From positions 115,969 to 179,968 of the forward strand of contig JAFGDD010000018.1 of NCBI GenBank assembly GCA_016932315.1: a stretch of 64,000 nt of DNA, given 5' to 3'. The position numbers and the translations under genes were made by a program. Each line of letters begins with the position of its first letter. Position 1 is the stretch's first letter. The stretch is from Candidatus Woesearchaeota archaeon (GTDB lineage Archaea > Nanobdellota > Nanobdellia > Woesearchaeales > SM23-78). The notes under the pieces were generated by a model. That model had not been told where the DNA came from and did not search any database. It saw nothing but the letters and a program-made list of their open reading frames with translations. Shown piece after piece: positions 12,001 to 18,385 of the stretch.

Positions 12001-13860
12001 CACAACAGAATTGCTTTCCAGATTTGTCCATGTCAGATATGTCTTGTTGTTTGAGGATGTGATTATTGCTCCACTGGCGCTGATTATCCCGAATGATTCT
12101 GGCAGCATCTCTGTGAAGTTGAATGATGTTGAATTCGTTGCATTTGTCGTATTGATGTATGAAATTATTGTTATGCTTGACTCAAATGTTCCGTTCCACG
12201 GATCTGTGGTTACCGGGGTGTTCCTGATGATATCAAATTCATAGTATGATCTGATTGTGAAATAAGAATACATTGTGCTGTTGACATTGTCGCCTGTTGC
12301 AGTGATGAGCAGGCTATAGTTGCCTTCTGCAGTTGTGCTTTCTGCTGGATAGACTGCTTCATATATTCCTGTTTCAGTTTCAATTACGCTTCCATCATCA
12401 GTCGTCATTAGTGTGGTTTGGTTTTCAGGGCTTGTTATTTGCAAGTTGATGTTGACATTGCTCACTAAATGTCCTTCTGTGTCAAGCACTACAATGATTA
12501 TTGCTGGGGTTTCGCCCGGGTGATAAATTGGTTTCTTAGTGTTGATGCTTGCAATGCCTGTTTCTGCATACCCTGGGTCTTCTGGACTTATTTCAATTTC
12601 ATAATCCTGCCCTGGCATCAGGTCCATTATCTTCTGCCAGGTTCCAAGGCATGTTTGTGTCAAGAATTCCCATTCCTTGCATTTCCATAACTCTGTTCCT
12701 TTTGCAGTTCCTGTGAGTGTTCCTGTTGTGAAGCTGAGGCTTGAGGCGTCGATAGCAAATGCTTTGAGAGTGTTCTTTCTGCCTATTTTAATCTGGCTGG
12801 ATGCCAATTCATCTATGCCAAGGTCGAAATTATTCTGGTAATCAAGAGCCAGGTTTCTTAGCACCAGCTTGTTGAATGCGCCGTCTTCAGGAATTATTTC
12901 TGCAGTCTGGGCAGTGATGCTGTTGAGTGCAAGGCCCATGCCTGCGCTCGTATTTATTTCCTGGTTTTGCGCATCATATATCCTCATGATTGCCCGTTTG
13001 TATATTCCTTTGCTATTGATGAGCTTCAGGATTTTTTTTGAGGTGTCCTCGAAAGTGTTCTTTGCGTTGACATCAGTTTCGATGCATGTCGGGGATGGTT
13101 CTGACGGGGTTAATGGCAATGATGATATGTCTTCTGTGTTGTCAACAACTTCAAAGCCGGCTCTTTCTATTTCTGCATTATTCAAGTCTTTCAGTACAAG
13201 ATAATGTTTGCCGATTCCCCTGGGCATGAAGCTTATGCTTGCATAATTCCCCATGTATCTTTGGCTGAAATCGCCGTATTCATAGTAAAGCTTGTAATTT
13301 TCCTGGTTAGAGACAAGGATATTGACTTTGGCGCTGACTGTTTCTCCAACTGCATATTTGCTCTTGTCTGTGATTATCAGATTTGGTTCTGTTACAATTC
13401 CTGTTTCTGTTCCTGGTGTTTCTGCTCCTTCTTCTACGCTAGTGTTTGTTTCATTCCCGATTTCATCGTCATTGTTTTGGGTGTTCTCTGGAGCTCCCAC
13501 AACAAAGCTAAGGCTGTCGCCGACTATGTTTTCTGGGATGAATGTCAGCTCTGCTGTGTGCATTCCTTTTTCTTTCGGATAAAAGTCTATGCTGCTGGTA
13601 AGCTCTCCGCTGTACTTGTAAAGGTTGCTCTCTGACTTGATGCTTAATGAATAATCCTGCAGGTTGTCAGGAGTAATTATTAGGGTTACTTTCTCGCCTG
13701 TATTGTAATATGGTTTTTCCACTGATATGTACAGGAGTTTCTGCTGCTGGTCTTCGCCGAGGGTTAGGGTGGCGCTTGCCAGAGTTAGAATTAGGATTAT
13801 TATAAGTAATGCCGGCAGAAGCCTTGTTCTCATTATTTTTTCTCTGGTTGTCTGGTTCAT
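1..13860 (-). CDS. Giant secreted/cell-surface glycoprotein-like protein (N-terminal 4,620 codons; the 3' end runs off the left edge of the window)
   Basis: The gene is missing from the supplied track because no stop lies in the window. In my manual translation the minus frame starting at ATG 13860-13858 stays open to position 1. That ATG overlaps the TGA of the upstream gene as ATGA. The plus strand has only short shadow ORFs across these 13.8 kb. The N-terminus MNQTTREKIMRTRLLPALLIIILILTLASA looks like a signal peptide or anchor. Dozens of ~100-aa units follow, with consensus DTxxPxIxLxxP..VxFxYNVSD..IANCSLIINGNINxTN..LSDGxYxWSINCTD..SExRNxTI. N-x-S/T sequons are extremely dense. Confidence 0.85.
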   Translation of the reverse strand, partial: MNQTTREKIMRTRLLPALLIIILILTLASATLTLGEDQQQKLLYISVEKPYYNTGEKVTLIITPDNLQDYSLSIKSESNLYKYSGELTSSIDFYPKEKGMHTAELTFIPENIVGDSLSFVVGAPENTQNNDDEIGNETNTSVEEGAETPGTETGIVTEPNLIITDKSKYAVGETVSAKVNILVSNQENYKLYYEYGDFSQRYMGNYASISFMPRGIGKHYLVLKDLNNAEIERAGFEVVDNTEDISSLPLTPSEPSPTCIETDVNAKNTFEDTSKKILKLINSKGIYKRAIMRIYDAQNQEINTSAGMGLALNSITAQTAEIIPEDGAFNKLVLRNLALDYQNNFDLGIDELASSQIKIGRKNTLKAFAIDASSLSFTTGTLTGTAKGTELWKCKEWEFLTQTCLGTWQKIMDLMPGQDYEIEISPEDPGYAETGIASINTKKPIYHPGETPAIIIVVLDTEGHLVSNVNINLQITSPENQTTLMTTDDGSVIETETGIYEAVYPAESTTAEGNYSLLITATGDNVNSTMYSYFTIRSYYEFDIIRNTPVTTDPWNGTFESSITIISYINTTNATNSTSFNFTEMLPESFGIISASGAIITSSNNKTYLTWTNLESNSVVSYSAIPPFITPELYELGPSFVSYEEKNNNSNNSSNIFYEARQWYLAVDPISISSDLESGTITYGGSNDVVFFYDSADSISATYWDNTNDGDWSASSTNACNGTSFRDASSGTSYLISKTAGINTTGYAGITFRFTPHVNNLDGGEELNADWYDGSTWTNVYTRSSDIACGSQQSLSLTSSANNNTNFQMRFVCDHNAGSGERCIVDDVRLLGTAIETEVNKTATNYSNITLDSVTSPLVNITVTVYISAYNTSASTTNGNNNASLGVSLYNGSSWIFIGKMNITGTGNFSISTTDSTILTAWETQSNRNMSINGIYIDYKNSTKYDQINYTGVYVSAKYSVAPTVNINTSLDETYASSTQLSIGFNFTSDDSSTASCTLYIDDVAYGTNSSTINNTWTEIITNNSLSEANHSVYVNCTGTLGKIGKSTTVHIILDTTAPVVNAISPDNGNSTSNNPPNFYFNYTDSISSTASCTLFINSTMYGINSSVINNTQTNITANATLTEGHYNWNVTCTDQAGNSAGSTSRSLTIKVGPTISNAAASPNRTGIGQQVTISADINDSNGVSSARVIITKPDSQNVTATMTNISASTYQYNYTPWTPGTYKFSIVANDTEGTESTLDPYFYVYANSDVLVLTEKDSYVNNENVNLIPGFVNWSSDQESSTQQVKAQGLRSTTLNATGHSFISTGEGYSSSDGAYNDTWRDDNTDYISLTRGNTGGWGGPEDDLQGYINLTYNISSLGVSSDKVNALSFLINFCHTDDITAPITCAGATEGTANNPANFDLYSFTSSTWSTRSTFTQDDTSATEQNQSFTVSTSPSSYINDHIIYSRYEVDVAMGVGEGGSFAIDYANITVNYTKLDSEGSSEYINYTSIGGSNLSNLTAFDIIITVSYYNASGSLQAGNNLPDLQATAYDGSSYTTIGSCSLNGSMANASTTATNCTLTVTSSSIITAWKNNTANRVIQVRGINFDDENSMADEINFTSVYIKYFSGSLVINHNDYNLSGYLVMTVENNNTGSYTQFSTVINDTNGGSARNISANSILDMGSIWNISSSLFNTAYYDPGSYRVKAMLTNATGSILNNSDGDPIIGYKTFALDYLKINVTAPTNNSIQDAEGFNINATLSYYNYAPGGMCQYSVDGGSNTTMQAINSTYYHNISGVLSLGSHNITVYCNDSRSYWFSSPTYYFTTTDQRGPNITLINPPDDSTEPDGNITFQYNVTDISSGVANCSLILDYITVINTTYNVTEGSTITINVTGLSYDPHVWYVKCYDNSTNYNMGNTSVYSFLVGTDTTPPEIGLIEPEPDYSSTYPDVNFSYTVSDTQSDIANCSLIINESINDTDYEIEIGESATNRFNFSFPTGDYNWSINCTDIRGNTGASESRLLHVLNDTDYPIIRLIEPADDSIDTDGDVTFSYNVSDTSAGISNCSLIINGNINQTNSSIIEDTTLYFYLYDLSDGTRINWSVNCTDNSANHNKNQSEIRQLNITIVSTMAVLVTKDKGEYQAGEQAQINTTVKDTLGNNLVADVITDIITGNATMPWWDTSWLMRKPIILSSTTNLTNVLVEVNVTGLDGDISSCANEIRIVKNDSSNNLVSINRTIESGDDANYCVVRFRANITAGVNNTQHYAYYDNPAASDPANNETRLNLTSLKVADGGSLMDSGDYDEDYGSYLNTTANDDTGYYAMGWSAGGGWGGGSATLEAYINLTYNISDDIEEANLLSFNFSINYCHTNDVTDPITCNGDPEGTANNPVNAELYNFNSSSWDAIGNFNQDDATDTEYSSTFANSLTMSSYVSSDNKIWVRYETHFTLANNEEAVFAIDYATINISYREKVYSTLSTIGSTQEWIARQEQDSITNGLVSFSFNTSSYSAGIHSAVSMANKTSYYNNFNHTFFTVIIDTSAPALYLMSPPDDNYSIVRDINFTYNVTDVGHSIANCSLIINGNINSTNSSVSEGVLQYFQVIGLSDGQYNWSINCTDTLGYTNASATRNLTIGGDVFAPSIALYSPSNNTIFLTGSSILFNYTANDTHNALRNCSLIINGTIFNTTSSPPESTVLNFTVEGLGDGNYSWGINCTDDSSNSNIGSSETRNFTIGPDTAGPVINLKSPTNGGQADNGNVTFTYNVSDWLSGISNCTIYVYDSSLILVNNTTNTTITENANQYFSVYGLSDGLYYWNISCWDNASTPNQNNSATWNFTIASDTTDPIVHLISPPNLYQDVDGAVVFYYNVSENVTSIANCSLIFNNSINTTINGSNITNGETNNFTFESLPTGNYTWYVNCSDTAQLGSNVGKSAETWILIVAPDTAGPTVTLFNPPNATQDSDGEVTFEFNTSDYASNITNCSFIFNNSINYTWDTVEEGTHYNITLPGIPNGNYSWYVNCTDDSISYNIGQSEVRNLTIGMDVTPPIVTPISPLDNEKDGDGNITFIYDVSDYASNITNCSLIINGNINQTNDTITEDTPQYFYLYNLNDTQLYWSINCTDDSPNPNTGTTGSRNLTVVLPKPLVTQVVTDKLNYVQGETVQATANSTDSTGSLMDTSMYIDIVKGNGKAPWWSTSWHYRIPVDINTTGYERNYYLIEDDINFTDILVNQLNITGKTLDTNSIRVVEWEADNDSIEKPSIFVQSDGFNATTNAVGKVSWILDGVTSLGTVRNFYVYFDVTDYSKSAASYTGHNYTFVGSGESVSYDGSSTSADYVIISSGDESFALQFSDGRDLTNQQHIQKQGAGAIWNITVSNAILTNQYSAIVLASVAANDSFTTDSTSTVISGPITRINIPGSINSVSPSSTNTNYTIWFGDSEIFVRANLSAYFGSSENNIYAYENTWFSYLFSNESSWSDTINFMQSPNKNQTHDYQGMQENTYNTFYSGEWYTESYSGLGSIMLFIDEFTVNGAGATKGIVTFDDDNDANGEGDMVGFSNNGNPDITAGDNYSMQVWMVFTSQTGSDRIISFMDEINNPVTLANGRGEQFLNRSSGTTTGGFYYYNYSTSGLSIGNYSAISWAYQTDFVNASDYYWFNITPDTIAPTVTLVRPEGWLNYDDVNFTFYISESGSGIQNCSLYINGVYNHSKTGSQVTDNANNTFNLTNMTQGSYNWTVMCYDNGNNMGTDDVLNITIDTTAPIINITIPGNNTLLNDSTPLINFTITDSLADPLNYTVYVNNAANGQNGTTANATPKLLNISTLSDGNYTLTIKGTDIANNSANATVNITIDATPPTINYTTPTPNDNHVQSDTSFTINVTHYDAHPGKIVLYWQGTANQTLDYPGTYTNFTITGLSDGIYTYYVWLNDSTGLSNQTTNRTIRIDLLNPVINLEAPDNGATLNSSVVEFNFNITDSSQYANCSLYINGTYNKTRNNLPTNTPAQYFAQQFNDGTYNWFVNCTDQIGRSNVSETRNFTVASVKPNWTNIWYETSTSNWAEETANIDLANARDGTTNSVNVTIPSGTMYNVANATTPFLAGNGVLIPAGTDVNFSGRFMASSYDLAGIVGAVTWKIYLTNESGDYLITSVGDDSNGRAPGNTNIITSAGAPLTLTGTNTTTQNWFLSPTDRLKLVVDVYNEDEDQWYTHSWDDRSDSWVIFEKFYVIGDIETDLIYPTGTTELGLGETGNMTCFVNCTYGTCINTYVYAQYNSSAPSAISWTNINTTGNIILAAGQSNPQSLGNMTAGTTNVTFLMNGSSPSTNLIRCYAVTDYNEYYGPTMQTVIVNDTTPPNVTLLSPETNSTFNITDITFYFNVTENVGIANCSLYLNEEFNATKSTAEITVNVSNNFTVTNIPEGEYDWKIVCIDLAANQGNSSTGIVYIDRTPPIINLTYPGEGYNSTSTTIKLNFTVTDNIDQYLTCNLTIDGIINRSNFLAENNTETNTSMIGLTEGAHYWNVTCWDNANHTNTSETRSFNVYIAPVINLTKPADDNLSNNPTQTFYFNVSDDTGIENCTIYLNGVANNSKSGADITNHAENNITVEGLDGRYYWNITCYDNTSYHTIGYSETWNITIDLYPPAPNITTAN
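4500..6300 (-). repeat. Six consecutive ~300-nt coding repeats (Ig-like domain units) inside the giant gene
   Basis: The plus-strand motif gagcgagcagtt (reverse complement encodes N-C-S-L) recurs at about 4681, 4981, 5287, 5604, 5896 and 6190, a period of 293-313 nt. A 34-nt identical block cgagcagttggttatgtttgatgcgtagtcgctg occurs at 4684-4717 and 4981-5014. The same unit type recurs near 215, 785, 1988, 2838, 7720, 8015 and 8314. Confidence 0.8.
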
Positions 13861-14450
13861 GGTATTAATTTTGAATATCTTAGTTTGAGTTCGTCTTCTA
13901 TTTCTCGCAAGTATTCATAGTATTTCTCGTAGCCGTAGAGTATGATGTGCTTTTCCTGCAGTTCCTTGCTCTCAAGAAGCTCTTTGAGGAAGATTTCTTT
14001 TGTCATTATTTTGACGTCGTAGTCCTGCATTGCCTGCTTCACAACTGCTTTTTCGAATTGCTCTTGGTCATCTTTACCGTCAAGGACGAATATTATGTTG
14101 TTCCTGTTTTTCAGCACCATCCTGATGGATGCTGTTTTTCGGATCTTGTTGATGTATTCGAGAACGCTTTGCAAACCTTTGTCTTTGGCTAATTCAGATT
14201 CTTTTTTTCTTATTTCGTTGAGTATCAATAAGTAGACTGCTTCCTCGCTTTCGAGATTCAGCGAGCAAAGATATGACCTGCCTATGACTGTTTTCTTGAA
14301 GATTTTCTGCTCGATTAGAAAGCTGACTTTCTTGTTGATGTAGGGATACTTTTTTCCAAGCTTGCTGGCTATCTGGTTTATGCTGTAGAGAGAACTAATG
14401 TCTTTAGAATACAAGCTGATTATTTCTTGCTCTAGCTCGTTGCCTATCAC
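13857..14450 (-). CDS. Winged-HTH-like putative transcription regulator, translationally coupled to the giant gene
   Basis: 197-aa ORF. The N-terminal segment SINQIASKLGKKYPYINKKVSFLIEQKIFKKTVIGRSYLCSLN has an HTH-like pattern. It is a clear paralogue of ORF 22372-22932 (TINQIAKLIKKSYAFTNKYTHELIKEGVLAKKNIGSAILCSLN). Its stop overlaps the giant gene's start (ATGA). Confidence 0.6.
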   Translation of the reverse strand: MIGNELEQEIISLYSKDISSLYSINQIASKLGKKYPYINKKVSFLIEQKIFKKTVIGRSYLCSLNLESEEAVYLLILNEIRKKESELAKDKGLQSVLEYINKIRKTASIRMVLKNRNNIIFVLDGKDDQEQFEKAVVKQAMQDYDVKIMTKEIFLKELLESKELQEKHIILYGYEKYYEYLREIEDELKLRYSKLIP

Positions 14451-14767
14451 TCTAACCCTCTATTGAACCCTTGTTTTCGTCGCTAAAAAATACCAAAACC
14501 ACGTATTATATCCATTAAAATATAATTATTAATATTTTTTAGTATAATATGTTTATAAATGTTTCTATTTGAGCAGTTATTATATCTAAAAAGGTATAAT
14601 AAAAGCGCATGAATGAAAAGAACGATCGGGGACCAACCGCCCTCCAAGAGCTCATAGATTTGCAAAGAATCACTTATCAGCAATTCAAAAAGCAAAACAA
14701 ACTAAAACCTAACACTCCCCCTATAACCTGCCTCAGCAACAGAATATATAAGGCTTTCTATTTTTGG

Positions 14768-14880
14768 AAAAAGTCACCTTGGACACCCCGCAGGGGGCGA
14801 CCCCCGTCCAAGCCACCTTGCACCTTAAAATTTTTAATAAAAAATTTTTGCGGTGCTGTGGCAGGTGGCGGTGGCTTTTT
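14768..14880 (+). repeat. Structured palindromic repeat, copy 1
   Basis: aaaaag-TCACC-TTGGAC-ACCCCGCAGGGGGCGACCCCC-GTCCAA-GCCACCTTGCACC-(AT loop)-GCGGTGCTGTGGCAGGTGGC-GGTGGC-ttttt. It is nearly the reverse complement of the copy at 39381-39494. Confidence 0.85.
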
Positions 14881-14975
14881 AACGGGTTTTGTGGCTCTTT
14901 TACAAGAAGATACTTTTTTATATGAGTTAAGCTTACCTTTGGCTTCAGATACTGGTTTTTGACACCATTATTTTT

Positions 14976-16565
14976 ATGTGGGGGTTGTTTATGGGAAGTT
15001 TAGCGCATGCGAGGAAGGTTGCTGGCGATGTTATTGAGAGGATTGAGAATTCAAAAGCGCCTTTTATTTATTTTATTATTACTTTCCTTCTGATGGCTAA
15101 TTTGAGGACTTTTCTTGAGGTTTTTTCTGACAAGATTAATGTTTCTTTTGATTACATCCTGCATTATAACCTGTTCTATATCGCTGTGGCTTTGTCTTTC
15201 ATGCTATTATTCCATTTTCTTATGAGAATTGACATTATTAAGATAGCCAGAATCATGCTCCCTTCATTTGCAGTATTATTCATTGCCCCGATTTTTGACT
15301 TGGCTGTGACTGCTGGCAAAGGCTTTGACATGACATACCTGCTTCCCGGGGTTCATGGCAACCTGCTGTTGAGGTTCTTTACTTTTTTTGGTGATTTTCC
15401 CGGAATGGGCATTACTCCTGGCATTAGGATTGGCGTGGCTTTCGGGATTATCGGGAGCTTCTTGTATGTTTACATCAAGCAAGCCAAAGTGCTTAAGGCT
15501 ATTGTTGCTGCATTATTGACTTATTCATTATTGTTCATCTATGGCATTACGCCTTTTATTGCAAAATTCATCCTTATGGTCTTTGGCGTAGAATACTCCT
15601 GGTCAGATATACTGCTTTCAAGCTTGTTCCTTACTGTCATATTAGTTCAAGGATTGTTCATAGCATATCTTGTGAAGAAGGATTATTTCAATATAATAAT
15701 CCGCGACCTGCGGTCATTGCGAGTGATGGCTTTTGTACTTTTGTTTTTTCTTGGCGTGGTTGTCGGCCTTCCTGAATTCTTTGTGCGCGAAGGATTGCCT
15801 TTCAAGGTGATATCAACTAATTTTTTTCATTTCCTGTTCATGCCTCTCAGCATAATATTCGGGATTCTTTTCCTGATAATCATCAACAACCTTGCAGACT
15901 ATGAGATTGACAAGATATCTAATAATGGCAGGCCTTTGTTTGATTCAAGGATTAATCATGATTCCTATGCAAGGCTTGGCTGGTATTTCCTTATATTATC
16001 GTTCGTTTTTGCTTTGTTGGTCAGCTTCTCTGCATTCTTTATACTGGCTTTATTCATCGGGGTTTATTTCATTTATTCTGTGCCTCCTTTGAGGCTTAAG
16101 AGAGTGCTATTCCTTTCCAAACTGATGATAGGAGCAGGCGCCCTTCTGATGGTGATGCTTGGTTTCATAGTCATAACAGGCGGCTTAAACAGCTTTCCAG
16201 GAATTTTAATAGTCTCTTTCCTGGTAGGAGCAACGCTCGTCGGCAACATGATTGACATAAAAGACTATGAGGGTGACAAGAAAGCAGGGATTAAAACATT
16301 GCCTGTTCTTATGGGGTTGAAAAAATCCAAGGTGCTCATTGGCTTTCTCATTCTGATTACCTATGCCGGCGTTGGCTTGCTGCAGAAAGATTTTTTTGTC
16401 CGCGCCGGATTCATATTCCTGGGCATCCTTATTTTTTACCTCATTAACAAAAAGAAATATGATGAGAAGCTCGTCATGCTGGTTTTCCTGATAAGCATCA
16501 TTGTGATGATGATAAGCATTTCACCAATGCAATTAAGTTTCCTTACTTGCGGGTTCTGCAATTAG
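14976..16565 (+). CDS. Polytopic membrane protein with a C-terminal UbiA-type prenyltransferase domain
   Basis: 529 aa and very hydrophobic. The first Asp-rich motif NNLADYEIDK lies at ~15886-15915 and the second, DIKDYEGDKKAGIKTLPV, at ~16253-16300, with the spacing typical of UbiA/DGGGP-synthase-type enzymes. About 270 additional N-terminal transmembrane residues precede the domain. An alternative ATG is at 14991. Confidence 0.7.
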   Translation: MWGLFMGSLAHARKVAGDVIERIENSKAPFIYFIITFLLMANLRTFLEVFSDKINVSFDYILHYNLFYIAVALSFMLLFHFLMRIDIIKIARIMLPSFAVLFIAPIFDLAVTAGKGFDMTYLLPGVHGNLLLRFFTFFGDFPGMGITPGIRIGVAFGIIGSFLYVYIKQAKVLKAIVAALLTYSLLFIYGITPFIAKFILMVFGVEYSWSDILLSSLFLTVILVQGLFIAYLVKKDYFNIIIRDLRSLRVMAFVLLFFLGVVVGLPEFFVREGLPFKVISTNFFHFLFMPLSIIFGILFLIIINNLADYEIDKISNNGRPLFDSRINHDSYARLGWYFLILSFVFALLVSFSAFFILALFIGVYFIYSVPPLRLKRVLFLSKLMIGAGALLMVMLGFIVITGGLNSFPGILIVSFLVGATLVGNMIDIKDYEGDKKAGIKTLPVLMGLKKSKVLIGFLILITYAGVGLLQKDFFVRAGFIFLGILIFYLINKKKYDEKLVMLVFLISIIVMMISISPMQLSFLTCGFCN

Positions 16566-16627
16566 GAATAATAATTAATAAGAATAATCAGTGATAGGGT
16601 ACTGTATTTGTATCTGTAATGTTCTCT

Positions 16628-17830
16628 TCAGCTTTTCTCTGGCGGCGGGTTCTCTGCGCTTTCTGGCGGGATGCTGCCTGCCTGGTTGCTTTCGCCTTCG
16701 TCGCTCAAGCCTTTGGTGATTATCTTCCTGCTATTGAAAACATCCATTAATTTTGCTTTTATTCCTTTGTCTTCGTTTTTCTTTTTATTACCTGAATCTT
16801 CTGCTTTGGTTTCAGGCGTGGTTTCTGCTGGTCCTTCCGCTGCTGCCTCTGGGGATTCGTTTTCTTTAGCCTGCGGCTTGGCAGGCGCAGATTCTACCTT
16901 GTTAAGGTACTGGCTTTCTTCTGCAGGCAGTTTTTCATCCTGTATGCTGCTTGTATCAATGGTTATTCCCTGGCGTCTCTTTAGCTGTTCTTTTACTTTC
17001 TGCACAGTATCCTTTAGCTCAATCTTCATGTGCTTGGAGCGCTCATCCAGCAGCTTCATTATGTTTCCTGTGTGCTTCTCGAATTCTGTGAACTTGTCCA
17101 TAAGGTTGAGGAATTCTTTCTTGTCAGCCTTGCTGCTTAGCTGCACTTTCATATTGTCAAAGTCGTTCTGGATGGCATGGAAGTTCTTATCGATTTCATC
17201 AACCGTGCGCAGAAACTTATCAAACTCTGCGAACTTCTTCTCTAGGTCCAGGAAGATGCTCTCTGCCTTGTCAGCGTGCCTTTCAATAGTGGCTTCTACT
17301 TTTTTGATTTCAAGAATCTCCCCCTTAACCTCCTCATTAAGCTTGGCAACCTGCTCTATCCCCTTGTAAAAATTCATCTGTTGCCTCATCTTCTTGAGCT
17401 CTTCCATGAGGTCCTTCATCAAAGCTTCGTTGCTTTCAATATTGGCTTTGAGGGCTTCACCCTTGCCCTCTTGTTTTCTTATCTCAATCATCAGCTTCTC
17501 TGGCTGGACACTCTCAACCAAGTCAATGGCTTTGGTGGCGCTCACCTCTATCTTTGAGATGGTCTTGTTAGTGTCCATGATCATGCCCCTAAGTTCTCCC
17601 ATCTGCTCGCTTATTCTTGTGAACCTTTCAGAATTAGCTTTTCTCAGCTCATTGAATGACTCAATCTGGGCTTGTATCTTGGTAATTTCCAAATCCATCT
17701 TAGGATTGCCAGAATTAAAAGTTTCATCCTTTTTTTCCTGGCCAGCTGCCGCTGCATCAGCCTCTGCCTGAGCCAGCCCTTCTGCAATTATTTGGTCGCG
17801 ATCCGGTTTTTTTCCTCCAAATAATCCCAT
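16628..17830 (-). CDS. Long coiled-coil protein with a disordered acidic/Pro-rich C-terminus (possible PspA/ESCRT-III-like N-terminus, weak)
   Basis: 400 aa. It starts MGLFGGKK, followed by ~230 aa rich in heptad-like K/E/L/I sequence and then a low-complexity tail. It is the last gene of the minus-strand cluster. Confidence 0.5.
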   Translation of the reverse strand: MGLFGGKKPDRDQIIAEGLAQAEADAAAAGQEKKDETFNSGNPKMDLEITKIQAQIESFNELRKANSERFTRISEQMGELRGMIMDTNKTISKIEVSATKAIDLVESVQPEKLMIEIRKQEGKGEALKANIESNEALMKDLMEELKKMRQQMNFYKGIEQVAKLNEEVKGEILEIKKVEATIERHADKAESIFLDLEKKFAEFDKFLRTVDEIDKNFHAIQNDFDNMKVQLSSKADKKEFLNLMDKFTEFEKHTGNIMKLLDERSKHMKIELKDTVQKVKEQLKRRQGITIDTSSIQDEKLPAEESQYLNKVESAPAKPQAKENESPEAAAEGPAETTPETKAEDSGNKKKNEDKGIKAKLMDVFNSRKIITKGLSDEGESNQAGSIPPESAENPPPEKS

Positions 17831-17911
17831 TCCTCACCTCTTATTTTCTCCTCTTGCCTCTTTTATTATAACCTTGCTGTATAATCCTGCTGCTTAGTTC
17901 CTTAATATATT

Positions 17912-18385
17912 TTATGTTTCTTCATCAATTGGCTTTCCTGTTTCCTTTGCAATGGCTTTCTGAAGGCTCTCCTGGATTTCTTTTTTGACATTGACCTGTT
18001 CTTCTATGAGCGCTTCCTCAAGCTCTTCTTCTGCTTCTTTTATGATTCTTTCAACGCGATCAAAATCTGCTTTATCCTGGCTGGCTTCTGCCATTTTAAT
18101 CTTGGCAGGGACATTCCTTAGCATCATGTCTGCGATGAAAGGATCTTTTCCTCTTCTCCTTGCTTCGCTTATTTTTACTTTTATCTCTGCAAGCTTTTCC
18201 CTTAGCCGAGAGACTTTTTCATGGTGTTCCGCTTCTTCTTTCTCTTCCGCACGAAATTTTTTCTTGGCTTCAAGCCTTCTAAGCCTATCATCATATGCTT
18301 CGTCCAGTGTTTTGTTCTGCTCTGTCACTTCCCGGGCATTCCTTTTAAGCTCTTCGCTGAATTTTTCTTCTTCCTCCTCATTCAT
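17912..18385 (-). CDS. Highly charged K/E/R-rich small protein
   Basis: The track ORF starts at 18442, inside the upstream gene. The ATG at 18385 (MNEEEEEKFSEEL) overlaps the upstream stop by 8 nt, which is the typical coupling pattern here. No recognisable domain. Confidence 0.5.
   Translation of the reverse strand: MNEEEEEKFSEELKRNAREVTEQNKTLDEAYDDRLRRLEAKKKFRAEEKEEAEHHEKVSRLREKLAEIKVKISEARRRGKDPFIADMMLRNVPAKIKMAEASQDKADFDRVERIIKEAEEELEEALIEEQVNVKKEIQESLQKAIAKETGKPIDEET

Noticed and set aside
638-13635. About 30 plus-strand ORFs of 60-143 aa listed in the track across the first 13.6 kb
   Set aside because: All are antisense shadows of the single giant minus-strand ORF. Their products are low-complexity Leu/Ser/Val/Cys-rich strings with no motifs, and none exceeds 143 aa across 13.8 kb.
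14609-14962. 117-aa plus-strand ORF (and the ORF at 14483-14695 on the minus strand) in the spacer before the UbiA-like gene
   Set aside because: It reads straight through repeat copy 1 (..PWTPRRGRPPSKPPCTLKF..AVAGGGGFL..). The same pseudo-peptides appear wherever the repeat occurs (39388-39699, 28684-29148, 44908-45161), so these are repeat translations, not genes.
16628-17830. Naming the 400-aa coiled-coil protein as PspA/ESCRT-III, CdvA or ArlC/D/E
   Set aside because: Only the MGLFGG N-terminus and the generic coiled-coil character support this. I cannot see a family-specific motif, so the gene is left as a coiled-coil protein.
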